DNA of 64,000 nt. Source: Owenia fusiformis. Taxonomy: Eukaryota. Shown one piece after another: positions 40,426 through 54,908 of this stretch. The notes beneath the pieces were generated by a model that worked only from the letters and a program-made list of their open reading frames with translations, was not told the origin of the DNA and did no database searches. Where the stretch lies: positions 22,568,001 through 22,632,000 of the forward strand of contig CAIIXF020000001.1 of assembly GCA_903813345.2 (NCBI GenBank). The letters are read 5' to 3'. Positions within the stretch are counted from its first letter, which is position 1; the number at the start of each line of letters is the position of its first letter. The position numbers were made by a program, and so were the translations under genes.

Positions 40426-41797
40426 TTATTATTATTCTTTATTATTCTTCTTTCCCAGTTTTCTCGTTAACTAGAAGATATTGAGTAAAGTCGTATATAT
40501 GGTCCATTTAGGTCCTAGATCTAGTTTCTCGGAAATTGGGTCAAATTTTTATCTAGGTCAAAGGTCAAGAACTAGGTCAAATCCAGTACTTTGTCACTTT
40601 TTTCGATTTTCTCGGTCATCCTTCAGTATTTTCGATCCGGGTTTTTTTCATTGTATTCCTTATAAAAAAGTAGGAAACCTAGGGTCGATTTAGTTTTTTG
40701 ATATCTCAAACCGATTTCGAGATATCAGTGTCCGAAAACGAGGTCAAAAAAAAAGTTCTTCGAATCAAATGTCCAGGATATTAGTCTTATAGGAAATTTT
40801 CTCAGGATTCTGAATCTGAAAACGAAATTTGGATCTGACTTCCAGTTCGGAAGTTATGGCGTTTTGAAAACTCAAAAATCGCTAAATTTGGTGCCCATGT
40901 TAAGTCAATGGGAAAAAATATTTTTTTGAAGTGAAAAATACGGAATATAGACTGAGTTCAGCTTCATATAATCAAAGCCTTTAAAAGAAGGGGACCTCAA
41001 AAGCCATCTAGCTTCACAATTTGGACACCGAAATGCCTAGGTCAAAATCTAGGTCAAATTCATAGGTTTTCCTTATTTTTTCGATTCTGACACTACACTT
41101 TAATTATATTCTTCGAAATTGTGTATACATGTAGCCAAGAATATGCTAATAGTGTTAGCCTTTTGCCGTCAGAAAGTATTTTGACCCACTTTTGAGATAT
41201 GGTGTCCGAAAAGTAGGTCAAAATAAAAAGTTCTCCAAATTGAATATATGAGTTATGAATTAAGGGTGGAATTTTGTCAGGAATCCGAATCTGCAAACCA
41301 AATTTCGATCCGACTTCCGGTTCGGAAGTGATAGCGTTTTGAAATTTCGAGAAAAATCGATCTGATGGTATCCTGATAGAAAGTCAAGAGTAGAGAAGAA
41401 AATATTGAAAAATTCATCCATCCTTCCTATCTCATCTTATCCTATCCTTCCTATCTATCCTTTCTTCATATCTTTTCCTTCCTATCCTTCCTATCCTATC
41501 CTATCCTTTCTTCCTATTCTATTCTATCCTATCCTATCCTTCTTTCTTATTCTATCCTATCGTTCTTTCCTATTCTATCCTATCCTACCTTCCCTTTTTA
41601 TTTATCCATCTCTTTCTAGATGACTCAGCTTATTCTGGATGACTCGGCTTATTCTGGATGACTCGGCTAAAAAAAGTCTAGATCTGGAGTCTGAAATTGA
41701 ACTTCGTTCAATTTCCAAAATCTAGTTATTAGACTCCAGATGTCAATCTGGAGTCTATTGTTTTTGCCAGTATTCTTCTTCTTCTTCTTCTTCTTAT

Positions 41798-43559
41798 TAG
41801 ACTCCAGATGTCAATCTGGAGTCTATTGTTTTTGCCAGTATTCTTATTCTTCTTATTCTTATTATTCTTTGGGAGTTTTTTCAATAACTATGAGGTATCC
41901 AGTAAGAACCATAATACAGTTGATTTAGGTTCAGTATCTAGTTGGTGGGAAATTGGGTCAAAATTTTATCTAGGTCAAAGGTCAAGAACTAGGTCAAATC
42001 CAGTACTTTGTCACTTTTTTTGATTTTCTCGGTCGTCCTTCAATATTTTTGATCCGTTTTTTTTTCATTGTGTTCCTCATAAAAAAGTAGAAAATCTAGG
42101 GTCGATTTAGTTTTTTGGTATCTCAAACCGATTTCGAGATATTAGTGTCCGAAAACGAGGTCCAAAAAAAAGTTCTCCGAATCCAATGTCCAGGATATCA
42201 GTCTTATGGGAGACTTTCTCAGGATTCCGAATCTGAAAACCAAATTTCGATTTGACTCCCGGTTCAGAAGTTATGGCGTTTTGAAAATTCAAAAATCGCT
42301 AAATTTGGTGCCCCATGTTAATTCAATGGGAAAAAATATTTTTTTGAAGTGTAAAATACGAGATACAGACTAATCACAGCTAAACATAATGGAAGCCCAT
42401 AAAAGAAAGGGACCTCAAAACCTTCTTTTCATAAAAATTTGGACACCAAAATGCCTAGGTCAAAATCTAGGTCAAATTCAAAGTTTTTCCTTATTTTTGC
42501 GATTCTGACACTACAGATTAATTATATTCTTCAAAATTGTGTATACATGTAGCCAAGAGTGTGAATATAGTGTTAGCCTTTTGCCGTCAGAAAGTATTTT
42601 GCCCCACTTTTGAGATATGGTGTCCGAAAAGTAGGTCAAAATAAAAAATTCTCAAAATTTAACGTTTGAGTTATGAATTAAGTATAGAATTTTCTCAGGA
42701 ATCCGAATCTGCAAATCAAATTTCGATCCGACTTCCTGTTCGGAAGTTATGACATTTTGAAAGCTCAAAAATCGCTAAATTTGGTGCCCCGTGTTATGTC
42801 AATGGGAAAAAAGATTTTTTTGAAGTGTAAAATTCGAGATATAGACTAAGTACAGCTTAAAATAATGAAAGCCTATGAAAGAAGGGGACCTCGAAGGCTA
42901 CCTAACTTCAAAATTTGGACACCAAAATCCCCAGGTCAAAATCTAGGTCAAATTCATAGTTTTTCCTTATTTTTGCGATTCTGACACTATGTTTAAATGA
43001 TTTGCTTCAAAATTTTGTATACAGGTAGGAAAAAGTGTGCTAATAGTGTTAGCCTTTTGCCGTAAGAAAGTATTTCTACCCACTTTTGAGATATGGTGTC
43101 CGAAAAGTAGGTCAAAATAAAAAGTTCTCCAAATTTAACATATGAGTTATGAATTAAGGGAAGAATTTTCTCAGGAATCCGAGTCTGCAAACCAAATTTC
43201 GATCCGACTTCCGATTCGAAAGTTATGGCGTTTTGAAATTTCGAGAAAAATCGATCTGATGGTATCCTGATAGAAAGTCAAGAGTAGAGAAGAAAATATT
43301 GAAAAATGCATCCATCCTTCCTTTGTGATCCTATCGTATCCTTCTTATCTACCTTTCCTTCATATCCTCTCCTTCCTATCCTTCCTATTCTATTCCTATT
43401 CTAGCCTATCCTTCCTTCCTTTTTCATCCATCCATCCATCCATCTTTTTCTGGATGACTCAGCTTATTTTGGATGACTCGGCTTATTCTGGATGACTCGG
43501 CCAAAAAAAGTCTAGATCTGGAGTCTGAAATTGAACTTTGTTCAATTTCCAAAGTCTAG
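41798..43559 (+). mobile_element. Intact HINE-like copy
   Basis: Head at 41799; tail CTAG at 43559. The body closely resembles 25420-27168. Confidence 0.85.
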
Positions 43560-43569
43560 TTATTATTAT

Positions 43570-44751
43570 TAGACTCCAGATTGAAAATCTGGAGTCTATT
43601 GCTTTTGCCAGTTTTCTTCTTATTATTTTTCTTTCAGAATCTTCCTCCTTACAAGATTTCTCACCAACTAGAAGAGCTTACTTTAAGCTGCTTACATGAT
43701 CAACTAGAGAATGTATCTGGGATGATGGGAAATTAGGTCAAATTTTTATCTAGGTCAAAGGTCAAGAACTAGGTCAAATTTAGGTCAAATCAACATTCTG
43801 TCAATTATCTTCGTTGTTGTTTGTCGTTACTCCTTCATCTTTTTTTCATCATGTAGCTTAGAAAAAAACAAATCGAGAGTGTGCCATCCGTTTTTTGATT
43901 ACTCTTAGTGATTTTGAGATATTGCGTCCGGAAAGTAGGTCAAACTAAAAAGTTAACCAAATTTAATATATGAGCTATGAAATAAAGATAGAATTTTCTC
44001 AGGAATCCGAATCTGCAAACCAAATTTCGATCCGACCTCCCGTTCGGAAGTTATGGCGTTTTGAAATTTCGAGAAAAATCGATCTGATGGTATCCTGATA
44101 GAAAGTCAAGGAAAAAAGTTTTTTTTGAAGTGTAAAATACGAGATATAGACTGAGTACAGCTTAAGATAATGAATTCCTATAAAAGAAGGGGACCTCAAA
44201 AGCTACCTAGTTTCAATATTTGGACACCAAAATGCCTAGGTCAAAATCTAGGTCAAATTCATAGTTTTTCCTTATTTTTACGATTCTGGCACTACACTTT
44301 TAGGATTTGCTTCAAAATTTTGTATACAGGTAGAAAAGAGTGTGCTAATAGTGATAGCCTTTTGCCGTCAGAAAGTATTTTGACCCATTTTTGAGATATG
44401 GCGTCCTAAAAGTGGGTCAAAATAAAAAAATCTCCAAATTTAATGTATGAGTTATGAAATAAGGGTAGAATTTTCCCAGGAATCTGAATCTGCAAACCAA
44501 ATTTCAATCCGACTTTCGGTCAAAAATTCCTACTTACCTACCTACCTACCTACATACCTACTCGGCTACCTACTTAGCTACCTACTTCTCGGCTACCTAC
44601 TCAGCTACTTACTCAGCTACCTACTCAGCTACTCACTCAATTACTTAATCATCTACTTACTCAGCTTGCTACTCAGTTACTTACTCAGCTACCTACTCAA
44701 GTAAATCAATCTGGAGTCTTAAATTGAACTTTGTTCAATTTACCAATCTAG
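43570..44751 (+). mobile_element. Intact HINE-like copy with a CTACTCAG-type 3' repeat block
   Basis: Head at 43571; CTAC(C/T)TACTCAG repeats at ~44530-44700; tail CTAG at 44751. Confidence 0.85.
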
Positions 44752-47700
44752 TGATTTTTGCTTTCGTATGTGCAAAAAGCAAAAATCCTCCTCACACACG
44801 TTCTCACCAACGAGAGATATTTGGACAAATCTACTCATACACGTTGTTAGGGGGCTAGGCGTAGTTGCTCGGAAATTAGGTCAAATCCTTATCTGGGTCA
44901 AAGGTCGAAATCTAGGTCGAAATCTGCATTTCCGCTATTTTGGCCTCTCGAGCCTCCTTAAGAAGTCAGAATCGGAGGAAAACTAGCTGGTCGGAAAGAC
45001 AGTTTTCCGAGCATTAAAAAAACAGTGAACCAAATTTCAATCCGACCATTAGTTATCGAGATATACGCGTTTGAAGTTCGCGTACGGGCCACCGTTGCCG
45101 TATATCTAGACGACACCTGGTATACACGATGTATACGTATCTCTGCGAACAACAGACATTTGAAAGAAAATAGGCCCGGACGATGACTAGAGCATTTCAA
45201 AAACAACGTTTCCCTTCGTCCAACTAACGATTGCGGAATGTAGAACGATACGTACGCTGCTCGAATCTACGTCGAAAGCCCTATATGGACGTCTGGAAGG
45301 CCTGTTTTTTGAAGGACTATTTTTTGACCTCGACGGATCCGCGAAGCACGAGCCAGGCATTCTCCCCAACTACCTCCCTAGATTCCCCGACCTTTAATCG
45401 ACCATTATAGGCCCTCAGAGCGTCCGTAGAGCCATTTCCCTCTATACGCGTATGGGCAAATCCTATTATGATTTTTGCTTTCGTATGTGCAAAAAGCAAA
45501 AATCCTCCTCACACACGTTCTCACCAACGAGAGATATTTGGACAAATCTACTCATACACGTTGTTAGGGGGCTAGGCGTAGTTGCTCGGAAATTAGGTCA
45601 AATCCTTATCTGGGTCAAAGGTCGAAATCTAGGTCGAAATCTGCATTTCCGCTATTTTGGCCTCTCGAGCCTCCTTAAGAAGTCAGAATCGGAGGAAAAC
45701 TAGCTGGTCGGAAAGACAGTTTTCCGAGCATTAAAAAAACAGTGAACCAAATTTCAATCCGACCATTAGTTATCGAGATATACGCGTTTGAAGTTCGCGT
45801 ACGGGCCACCGTTGCCGTATATCTAGACGACACCTGGTATACACGATGTATACGTATCTCTGCGAACAACAGACATTTGAAAGAAAATAGGCCCGGACGA
45901 TGACTAGAGCATTTCAAAAACAACGTTTCCCTTCGTCCAACTAACGATTGCGGAATGTAGAACGATACGTACGCTGCTCGAATCTACGTCGAAAGCCCTA
46001 TATGGACGTCTGGAAGGCCTGTTTTTTGAAGGACTATTTTTTGACCTCGACGGATCCGCGAAGCACGAGCCAGGCATTCTCCCCAACTACCTCCCTAGAT
46101 TCCCCGACCTTTAATCGACCATTATAGGCCCTCAGAGCGTCCGTAGAGCCATTTCCCTCTATACGCGTATGGGCAAATCCTATTATGATTTTTGCTTTCG
46201 TATGTGCAAAAAGCAAAAATCCTCCTCACACACGTTCTCACCAACGAGAGATATTTGGACAAATCTACTCATACACGTTGTTAGGGGGCTAGGCGTAGTT
46301 GCTCGGAAATTAGGTCAAATCCTTATCTGGGTCAAAGGTCGAAATCTAGGTCGAAATCTGCATTTCCGCTATTTTGGCCTCTCGAGCCTCCTTAAGAAGT
46401 CAGAATCGGAGGAAAACTAGCTGGTCGGAAAGACAGTTTTCCGAGCATTAAAAAAACAGTGAACCAAATTTCAATCCGACCATTAGTTATCGAGATATAC
46501 GCGTTTGAAGTTCGCGTACGGGCCACCGTTGCCGTATATCTAGACGACACCTGGTATACACGATGTATACGTATCTCTGCGAACAACAGACATTTGAAAG
46601 AAAATAGGCCCGGACGATGACTAGAGCATTTCAAAAACAACGTTTCCCTTCGTCCAACTAACGATTGCGGAATGTAGAACGATACGTACGCTGCTCGAAT
46701 CTACGTCGAAAGCCCTATATGGACGTCTGGAAGGCCTGTTTTTTGAAGGACTATTTTTTGACCTCGACGGATCCGCGAAGCACGAGCCAGGCATTCTCCC
46801 CAACTACCTCCCTAGATTCCCCGACCTTTAATCGACCATTATAGGCCCTCAGAGCGTCCGTAGAGCCATTTCCCTCTATACGCGTATGGGCAAATCCTAT
46901 TATGATTTTTGCTTTCGTATGTGCAAAAAGCAAAAATCCTCCTCACACACGTTCTCACCAACGAGAGATATTTGGACAAATCTACTCATACACGTTGTTA
47001 GGGGGCTAGGCGTAGTTGCTCGGAAATTAGGTCAAATCCTTATCTGGGTCAAAGGTCGAAATCTAGGTCGAAATCTGCATTTCCGCTATTTTGGCCTCTC
47101 GAGCCTCCTTAAGAAGTCAGAATCGGAGGAAAACTAGCTGGTCGGAAAGACAGTTTTCCGAGCATTAAAAAAACAGTGAACCAAATTTCAATCCGACCAT
47201 TAGTTATCGAGATATACGCGTTTGAAGTTCGCGTACGGGCCACCGTTGCCGTATATCTAGACGACACCTGGTATACACGATGTATACGTATCTCTGCGAA
47301 CAACAGACATTTGAAAGAAAATAGGCCCGGACGATGACTAGAGCATTTCAAAAACAACGTTTCCCTTCGTCCAACTAACGATTGCGGAATGTAGAACGAT
47401 ACGTACGCTGCTCGAATCTACGTCGAAAGCCCTATATGGACGTCTGGAAGGCCTGTTTTTTGAAGGACTATTTTTTGACCTCGACGGATCCGCGAAGCAC
47501 GAGCCAGGCATTCTCCCCAACTACCTCCCTAGATTCCCCGACCTTTAATCGACCATTATAGGCCCTCAGAGCGTCCGTAGAGCCATTTCCCTCTATACGC
47601 GTATGGGCAAATCCTATTATGATTTTTGCTTTCGTATGTGCAAAAAGCAAAAATCCTCCTCACACACGTTCTCACCAACGAGAGATATTTGGACAAATCT

Positions 47701-50700
47701 ACTCATACACGTTGTTAGGGGGCTAGGCGTAGTTGCTCGGAAATTAGGTCAAATCCTTATCTGGGTCAAAGGTCGAAATCTAGGTCGAAATCTGCATTTC
47801 CGCTATTTTGGCCTCTCGAGCCTCCTTAAGAAGTCAGAATCGGAGGAAAACTAGCTGGTCGGAAAGACAGTTTTCCGAGCATTAAAAAAACAGTGAACCA
47901 AATTTCAATCCGACCATTAGTTATCGAGATATACGCGTTTGAAGTTCGCGTACGGGCCACCGTTGCCGTATATCTAGACGACACCTGGTATACACGATGT
48001 ATACGTATCTCTGCGAACAACAGACATTTGAAAGAAAATAGGCCCGGACGATGACTAGAGCATTTCAAAAACAACGTTTCCCTTCGTCCAACTAACGATT
48101 GCGGAATGTAGAACGATACGTACGCTGCTCGAATCTACGTCGAAAGCCCTATATGGACGTCTGGAAGGCCTGTTTTTTGAAGGACTATTTTTTGACCTCG
48201 ACGGATCCGCGAAGCACGAGCCAGGCATTCTCCCCAACTACCTCCCTAGATTCCCCGACCTTTAATCGACCATTATAGGCCCTCAGAGCGTCCGTAGAGC
48301 CATTTCCCTCTATACGCGTATGGGCAAATCCTATTATGATTTTTGCTTTCGTATGTGCAAAAAGCAAAAATCCTCCTCACACACGTTCTCACCAACGAGA
48401 GATATTTGGACAAATCTACTCATACACGTTGTTAGGGGGCTAGGCGTAGTTGCTCGGAAATTAGGTCAAATCCTTATCTGGGTCAAAGGTCGAAATCTAG
48501 GTCGAAATCTGCATTTCCGCTATTTTGGCCTCTCGAGCCTCCTTAAGAAGTCAGAATCGGAGGAAAACTAGCTGGTCGGAAAGACAGTTTTCCGAGCATT
48601 AAAAAAACAGTGAACCAAATTTCAATCCGACCATTAGTTATCGAGATATACGCGTTTGAAGTTCGCGTACGGGCCACCGTTGCCGTATATCTAGACGACA
48701 CCTGGTATACACGATGTATACGTATCTCTGCGAACAACAGACATTTGAAAGAAAATAGGCCCGGACGATGACTAGAGCATTTCAAAAACAACGTTTCCCT
48801 TCGTCCAACTAACGATTGCGGAATGTAGAACGATACGTACGCTGCTCGAATCTACGTCGAAAGCCCTATATGGACGTCTGGAAGGCCTGTTTTTTGAAGG
48901 ACTATTTTTTGACCTCGACGGATCCGCGAAGCACGAGCCAGGCATTCTCCCCAACTACCTCCCTAGATTCCCCGACCTTTAATCGACCATTATAGGCCCT
49001 CAGAGCGTCCGTAGAGCCATTTCCCTCTATACGCGTATGGGCAAATCCTATTATGATTTTTGCTTTCGTATGTGCAAAAAGCAAAAATCCTCCTCACACA
49101 CGTTCTCACCAACGAGAGATATTTGGACAAATCTACTCATACACGTTGTTAGGGGGCTAGGCGTAGTTGCTCGGAAATTAGGTCAAATCCTTATCTGGGT
49201 CAAAGGTCGAAATCTAGGTCGAAATCTGCATTTCCGCTATTTTGGCCTCTCGAGCCTCCTTAAGAAGTCAGAATCGGAGGAAAACTAGCTGGTCGGAAAG
49301 ACAGTTTTCCGAGCATTAAAAAAACAGTGAACCAAATTTCAATCCGACCATTAGTTATCGAGATATACGCGTTTGAAGTTCGCGTACGGGCCACCGTTGC
49401 CGTATATCTAGACGACACCTGGTATACACGATGTATACGTATCTCTGCGAACAACAGACATTTGAAAGAAAATAGGCCCGGACGATGACTAGAGCATTTC
49501 AAAAACAACGTTTCCCTTCGTCCAACTAACGATTGCGGAATGTAGAACGATACGTACGCTGCTCGAATCTACGTCGAAAGCCCTATATGGACGTCTGGAA
49601 GGCCTGTTTTTTGAAGGACTATTTTTTGACCTCGACGGATCCGCGAAGCACGAGCCAGGCATTCTCCCCAACTACCTCCCTAGATTCCCCGACCTTTAAT
49701 CGACCATTATAGGCCCTCAGAGCGTCCGTAGAGCCATTTCCCTCTATACGCGTATGGGCAAATCCTATTATGATTTTTGCTTTCGTATGTGCAAAAAGCA
49801 AAAATCCTCCTCACACACGTTCTCACCAACGAGAGATATTTGGACAAATCTACTCATACACGTTGTTAGGGGGCTAGGCGTAGTTGCTCGGAAATTAGGT
49901 CAAATCCTTATCTGGGTCAAAGGTCGAAATCTAGGTCGAAATCTGCATTTCCGCTATTTTGGCCTCTCGAGCCTCCTTAAGAAGTCAGAATCGGAGGAAA
50001 ACTAGCTGGTCGGAAAGACAGTTTTCCGAGCATTAAAAAAACAGTGAACCAAATTTCAATCCGACCATTAGTTATCGAGATATACGCGTTTGAAGTTCGC
50101 GTACGGGCCACCGTTGCCGTATATCTAGACGACACCTGGTATACACGATGTATACGTATCTCTGCGAACAACAGACATTTGAAAGAAAATAGGCCCGGAC
50201 GATGACTAGAGCATTTCAAAAACAACGTTTCCCTTCGTCCAACTAACGATTGCGGAATGTAGAACGATACGTACGCTGCTCGAATCTACGTCGAAAGCCC
50301 TATATGGACGTCTGGAAGGCCTGTTTTTTGAAGGACTATTTTTTGACCTCGACGGATCCGCGAAGCACGAGCCAGGCATTCTCCCCAACTACCTCCCTAG
50401 ATTCCCCGACCTTTAATCGACCATTATAGGCCCTCAGAGCGTCCGTAGAGCCATTTCCCTCTATACGCGTATGGGCAAATCCTATTATGATTTTTGCTTT
50501 CGTATGTGCAAAAAGCAAAAATCCTCCTCACACACGTTCTCACCAACGAGAGATATTTGGACAAATCTACTCATACACGTTGTTAGGGGGCTAGGCGTAG
50601 TTGCTCGGAAATTAGGTCAAATCCTTATCTGGGTCAAAGGTCGAAATCTAGGTCGAAATCTGCATTTCCGCTATTTTGGCCTCTCGAGCCTCCTTAAGAA

Positions 50701-53700
50701 GTCAGAATCGGAGGAAAACTAGCTGGTCGGAAAGACAGTTTTCCGAGCATTAAAAAAACAGTGAACCAAATTTCAATCCGACCATTAGTTATCGAGATAT
50801 ACGCGTTTGAAGTTCGCGTACGGGCCACCGTTGCCGTATATCTAGACGACACCTGGTATACACGATGTATACGTATCTCTGCGAACAACAGACATTTGAA
50901 AGAAAATAGGCCCGGACGATGACTAGAGCATTTCAAAAACAACGTTTCCCTTCGTCCAACTAACGATTGCGGAATGTAGAACGATACGTACGCTGCTCGA
51001 ATCTACGTCGAAAGCCCTATATGGACGTCTGGAAGGCCTGTTTTTTGAAGGACTATTTTTTGACCTCGACGGATCCGCGAAGCACGAGCCAGGCATTCTC
51101 CCCAACTACCTCCCTAGATTCCCCGACCTTTAATCGACCATTATAGGCCCTCAGAGCGTCCGTAGAGCCATTTCCCTCTATACGCGTATGGGCAAATCCT
51201 ATTATGATTTTTGCTTTCGTATGTGCAAAAAGCAAAAATCCTCCTCACACACGTTCTCACCAACGAGAGATATTTGGACAAATCTACTCATACACGTTGT
51301 TAGGGGGCTAGGCGTAGTTGCTCGGAAATTAGGTCAAATCCTTATCTGGGTCAAAGGTCGAAATCTAGGTCGAAATCTGCATTTCCGCTATTTTGGCCTC
51401 TCGAGCCTCCTTAAGAAGTCAGAATCGGAGGAAAACTAGCTGGTCGGAAAGACAGTTTTCCGAGCATTAAAAAAACAGTGAACCAAATTTCAATCCGACC
51501 ATTAGTTATCGAGATATACGCGTTTGAAGTTCGCGTACGGGCCACCGTTGCCGTATATCTAGACGACACCTGGTATACACGATGTATACGTATCTCTGCG
51601 AACAACAGACATTTGAAAGAAAATAGGCCCGGACGATGACTAGAGCATTTCAAAAACAACGTTTCCCTTCGTCCAACTAACGATTGCGGAATGTAGAACG
51701 ATACGTACGCTGCTCGAATCTACGTCGAAAGCCCTATATGGACGTCTGGAAGGCCTGTTTTTTGAAGGACTATTTTTTGACCTCGACGGATCCGCGAAGC
51801 ACGAGCCAGGCATTCTCCCCAACTACCTCCCTAGATTCCCCGACCTTTAATCGACCATTATAGGCCCTCAGAGCGTCCGTAGAGCCATTTCCCTCTATAC
51901 GCGTATGGGCAAATCCTATTATGATTTTTGCTTTCGTATGTGCAAAAAGCAAAAATCCTCCTCACACACGTTCTCACCAACGAGAGATATTTGGACAAAT
52001 CTACTCATACACGTTGTTAGGGGGCTAGGCGTAGTTGCTCGGAAATTAGGTCAAATCCTTATCTGGGTCAAAGGTCGAAATCTAGGTCGAAATCTGCATT
52101 TCCGCTATTTTGGCCTCTCGAGCCTCCTTAAGAAGTCAGAATCGGAGGAAAACTAGCTGGTCGGAAAGACAGTTTTCCGAGCATTAAAAAAACAGTGAAC
52201 CAAATTTCAATCCGACCATTAGTTATCGAGATATACGCGTTTGAAGTTCGCGTACGGGCCACCGTTGCCGTATATCTAGACGACACCTGGTATACACGAT
52301 GTATACGTATCTCTGCGAACAACAGACATTTGAAAGAAAATAGGCCCGGACGATGACTAGAGCATTTCAAAAACAACGTTTCCCTTCGTCCAACTAACGA
52401 TTGCGGAATGTAGAACGATACGTACGCTGCTCGAATCTACGTCGAAAGCCCTATATGGACGTCTGGAAGGCCTGTTTTTTGAAGGACTATTTTTTGACCT
52501 CGACGGATCCGCGAAGCACGAGCCAGGCATTCTCCCCAACTACCTCCCTAGATTCCCCGACCTTTAATCGACCATTATAGGCCCTCAGAGCGTCCGTAGA
52601 GCCATTTCCCTCTATACGCGTATGGGCAAATCCTATTATGATTTTTGCTTTCGTATGTGCAAAAAGCAAAAATCCTCCTCACACACGTTCTCACCAACGA
52701 GAGATATTTGGACAAATCTACTCATACACGTTGTTAGGGGGCTAGGCGTAGTTGCTCGGAAATTAGGTCAAATCCTTATCTGGGTCAAAGGTCGAAATCT
52801 AGGTCGAAATCTGCATTTCCGCTATTTTGGCCTCTCGAGCCTCCTTAAGAAGTCAGAATCGGAGGAAAACTAGCTGGTCGGAAAGACAGTTTTCCGAGCA
52901 TTAAAAAAACAGTGAACCAAATTTCAATCCGACCATTAGTTATCGAGATATACGCGTTTGAAGTTCGCGTACGGGCCACCGTTGCCGTATATCTAGACGA
53001 CACCTGGTATACACGATGTATACGTATCTCTGCGAACAACAGACATTTGAAAGAAAATAGGCCCGGACGATGACTAGAGCATTTCAAAAACAACGTTTCC
53101 CTTCGTCCAACTAACGATTGCGGAATGTAGAACGATACGTACGCTGCTCGAATCTACGTCGAAAGCCCTATATGGACGTCTGGAAGGCCTGTTTTTTGAA
53201 GGACTATTTTTTGACCTCGACGGATCCGCGAAGCACGAGCCAGGCATTCTCCCCAACTACCTCCCTAGATTCCCCGACCTTTAATCGACCATTATAGGCC
53301 CTCAGAGCGTCCGTAGAGCCATTTCCCTCTATACGCGTATGGGCAAATCCTATTATGATTTTTGCTTTCGTATGTGCAAAAAGCAAAAATCCTCCTCACA
53401 CACGTTCTCACCAACGAGAGATATTTGGACAAATCTACTCATACACGTTGTTAGGGGGCTAGGCGTAGTTGCTCGGAAATTAGGTCAAATCCTTATCTGG
53501 GTCAAAGGTCGAAATCTAGGTCGAAATCTGCATTTCCGCTATTTTGGCCTCTCGAGCCTCCTTAAGAAGTCAGAATCGGAGGAAAACTAGCTGGTCGGAA
53601 AGACAGTTTTCCGAGCATTAAAAAAACAGTGAACCAAATTTCAATCCGACCATTAGTTATCGAGATATACGCGTTTGAAGTTCGCGTACGGGCCACCGTT

Positions 53701-54789
53701 GCCGTATATCTAGACGACACCTGGTATACACGATGTATACGTATCTCTGCGAACAACAGACATTTGAAAGAAAATAGGCCCGGACGATGACTAGAGCATT
53801 TCAAAAACAACGTTTCCCTTCGTCCAACTAACGATTGCGGAATGTAGAACGATACGTACGCTGCTCGAATCTACGTCGAAAGCCCTATATGGACGTCTGG
53901 AAGGCCTGTTTTTTGAAGGACTATTTTTTGACCTCGACGGATCCGCGAAGCACGAGCCAGGCATTCTCCCCAACTACCTCCCTAGATTCCCCGACCTTTA
54001 ATCGACCATTATAGGCCCTCAGAGCGTCCGTAGAGCCATTTCCCTCTATACGCGTATGGGCAAATCCTATTATGATTTTTGCTTTCGTATGTGCAAAAAG
54101 CAAAAATCCTCCTCACACACGTTCTCACCAACGAGAGATATTTGGACAAATCTACTCATACACGTTGTTAGGGGGCTAGGCGTAGTTGCTCGGAAATTAG
54201 GTCAAATCCTTATCTGGGTCAAAGGTCGAAATCTAGGTCGAAATCTGCATTTCCGCTATTTTGGCCTCTCGAGCCTCCTTAAGAAGTCAGAATCGGAGGA
54301 AAACTAGCTGGTCGGAAAGACAGTTTTCCGAGCATTAAAAAAACAGTGAACCAAATTTCAATCCGACCATTAGTTATCGAGATATACGCGTTTGAAGTTC
54401 GCGTACGGGCCACCGTTGCCGTATATCTAGACGACACCTGGTATACACGATGTATACGTATCTCTGCGAACAACAGACATTTGAAAGAAAATAGGCCCGG
54501 ACGATGACTAGAGCATTTCAAAAACAACGTTTCCCTTCGTCCAACTAACGATTGCGGAATGTAGAACGATACGTACGCTGCTCGAATCTACGTCGAAAGC
54601 CCTATATGGACGTCTGGAAGGCCTGTTTTTTGAAGGACTATTTTTTGACCTCGACGGATCCGCGAAGCACGAGCCAGGCATTCTCCCCAACTACCTCCCT
54701 AGATTCCCCGACCTTTAATCGACCATTATAGGCCCTCAGAGCGTCCGTAGAGCCATTTCCCTCTATACGCGTATGGGCAAATCCTATTA
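44752..54789 (+). repeat. Head-to-tail tandem array, 717-bp unit x exactly 14
   Basis: The unit runs TGATTTTTGCTTTCG...GGGCAAATCCTATTA, and 14 x 717 = 10038 bp. The ORF track repeats identically every 717 bp, and I saw no differences between copies by eye. Confidence 0.97.
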
Positions 54790-54908
54790 TTAGACTCCAG
54801 ATTGAAAATCTGGAGTCTATTGTTTTTGCCTGTTTTCTTTATTATTATTATTATTATTAGACTCCAGATGAAAATCTGGAGTCTATTGCTTTTGCCAGTT
54901 TTCTTTAT

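Noticed and set aside
44768-54690. Recurrent 60-83 aa ORFs in the 717-bp array
   Set aside because: They are short, overlap on both strands and contain no recognisable domain. They recur only because the DNA unit repeats.
44752-54789. Tandem RNA gene array (5S, tRNA, snRNA) or histone repeat
   Set aside because: I recognised no such gene sequence in the unit, and it shares the transposon core instead. An Rfam search would be decisive.
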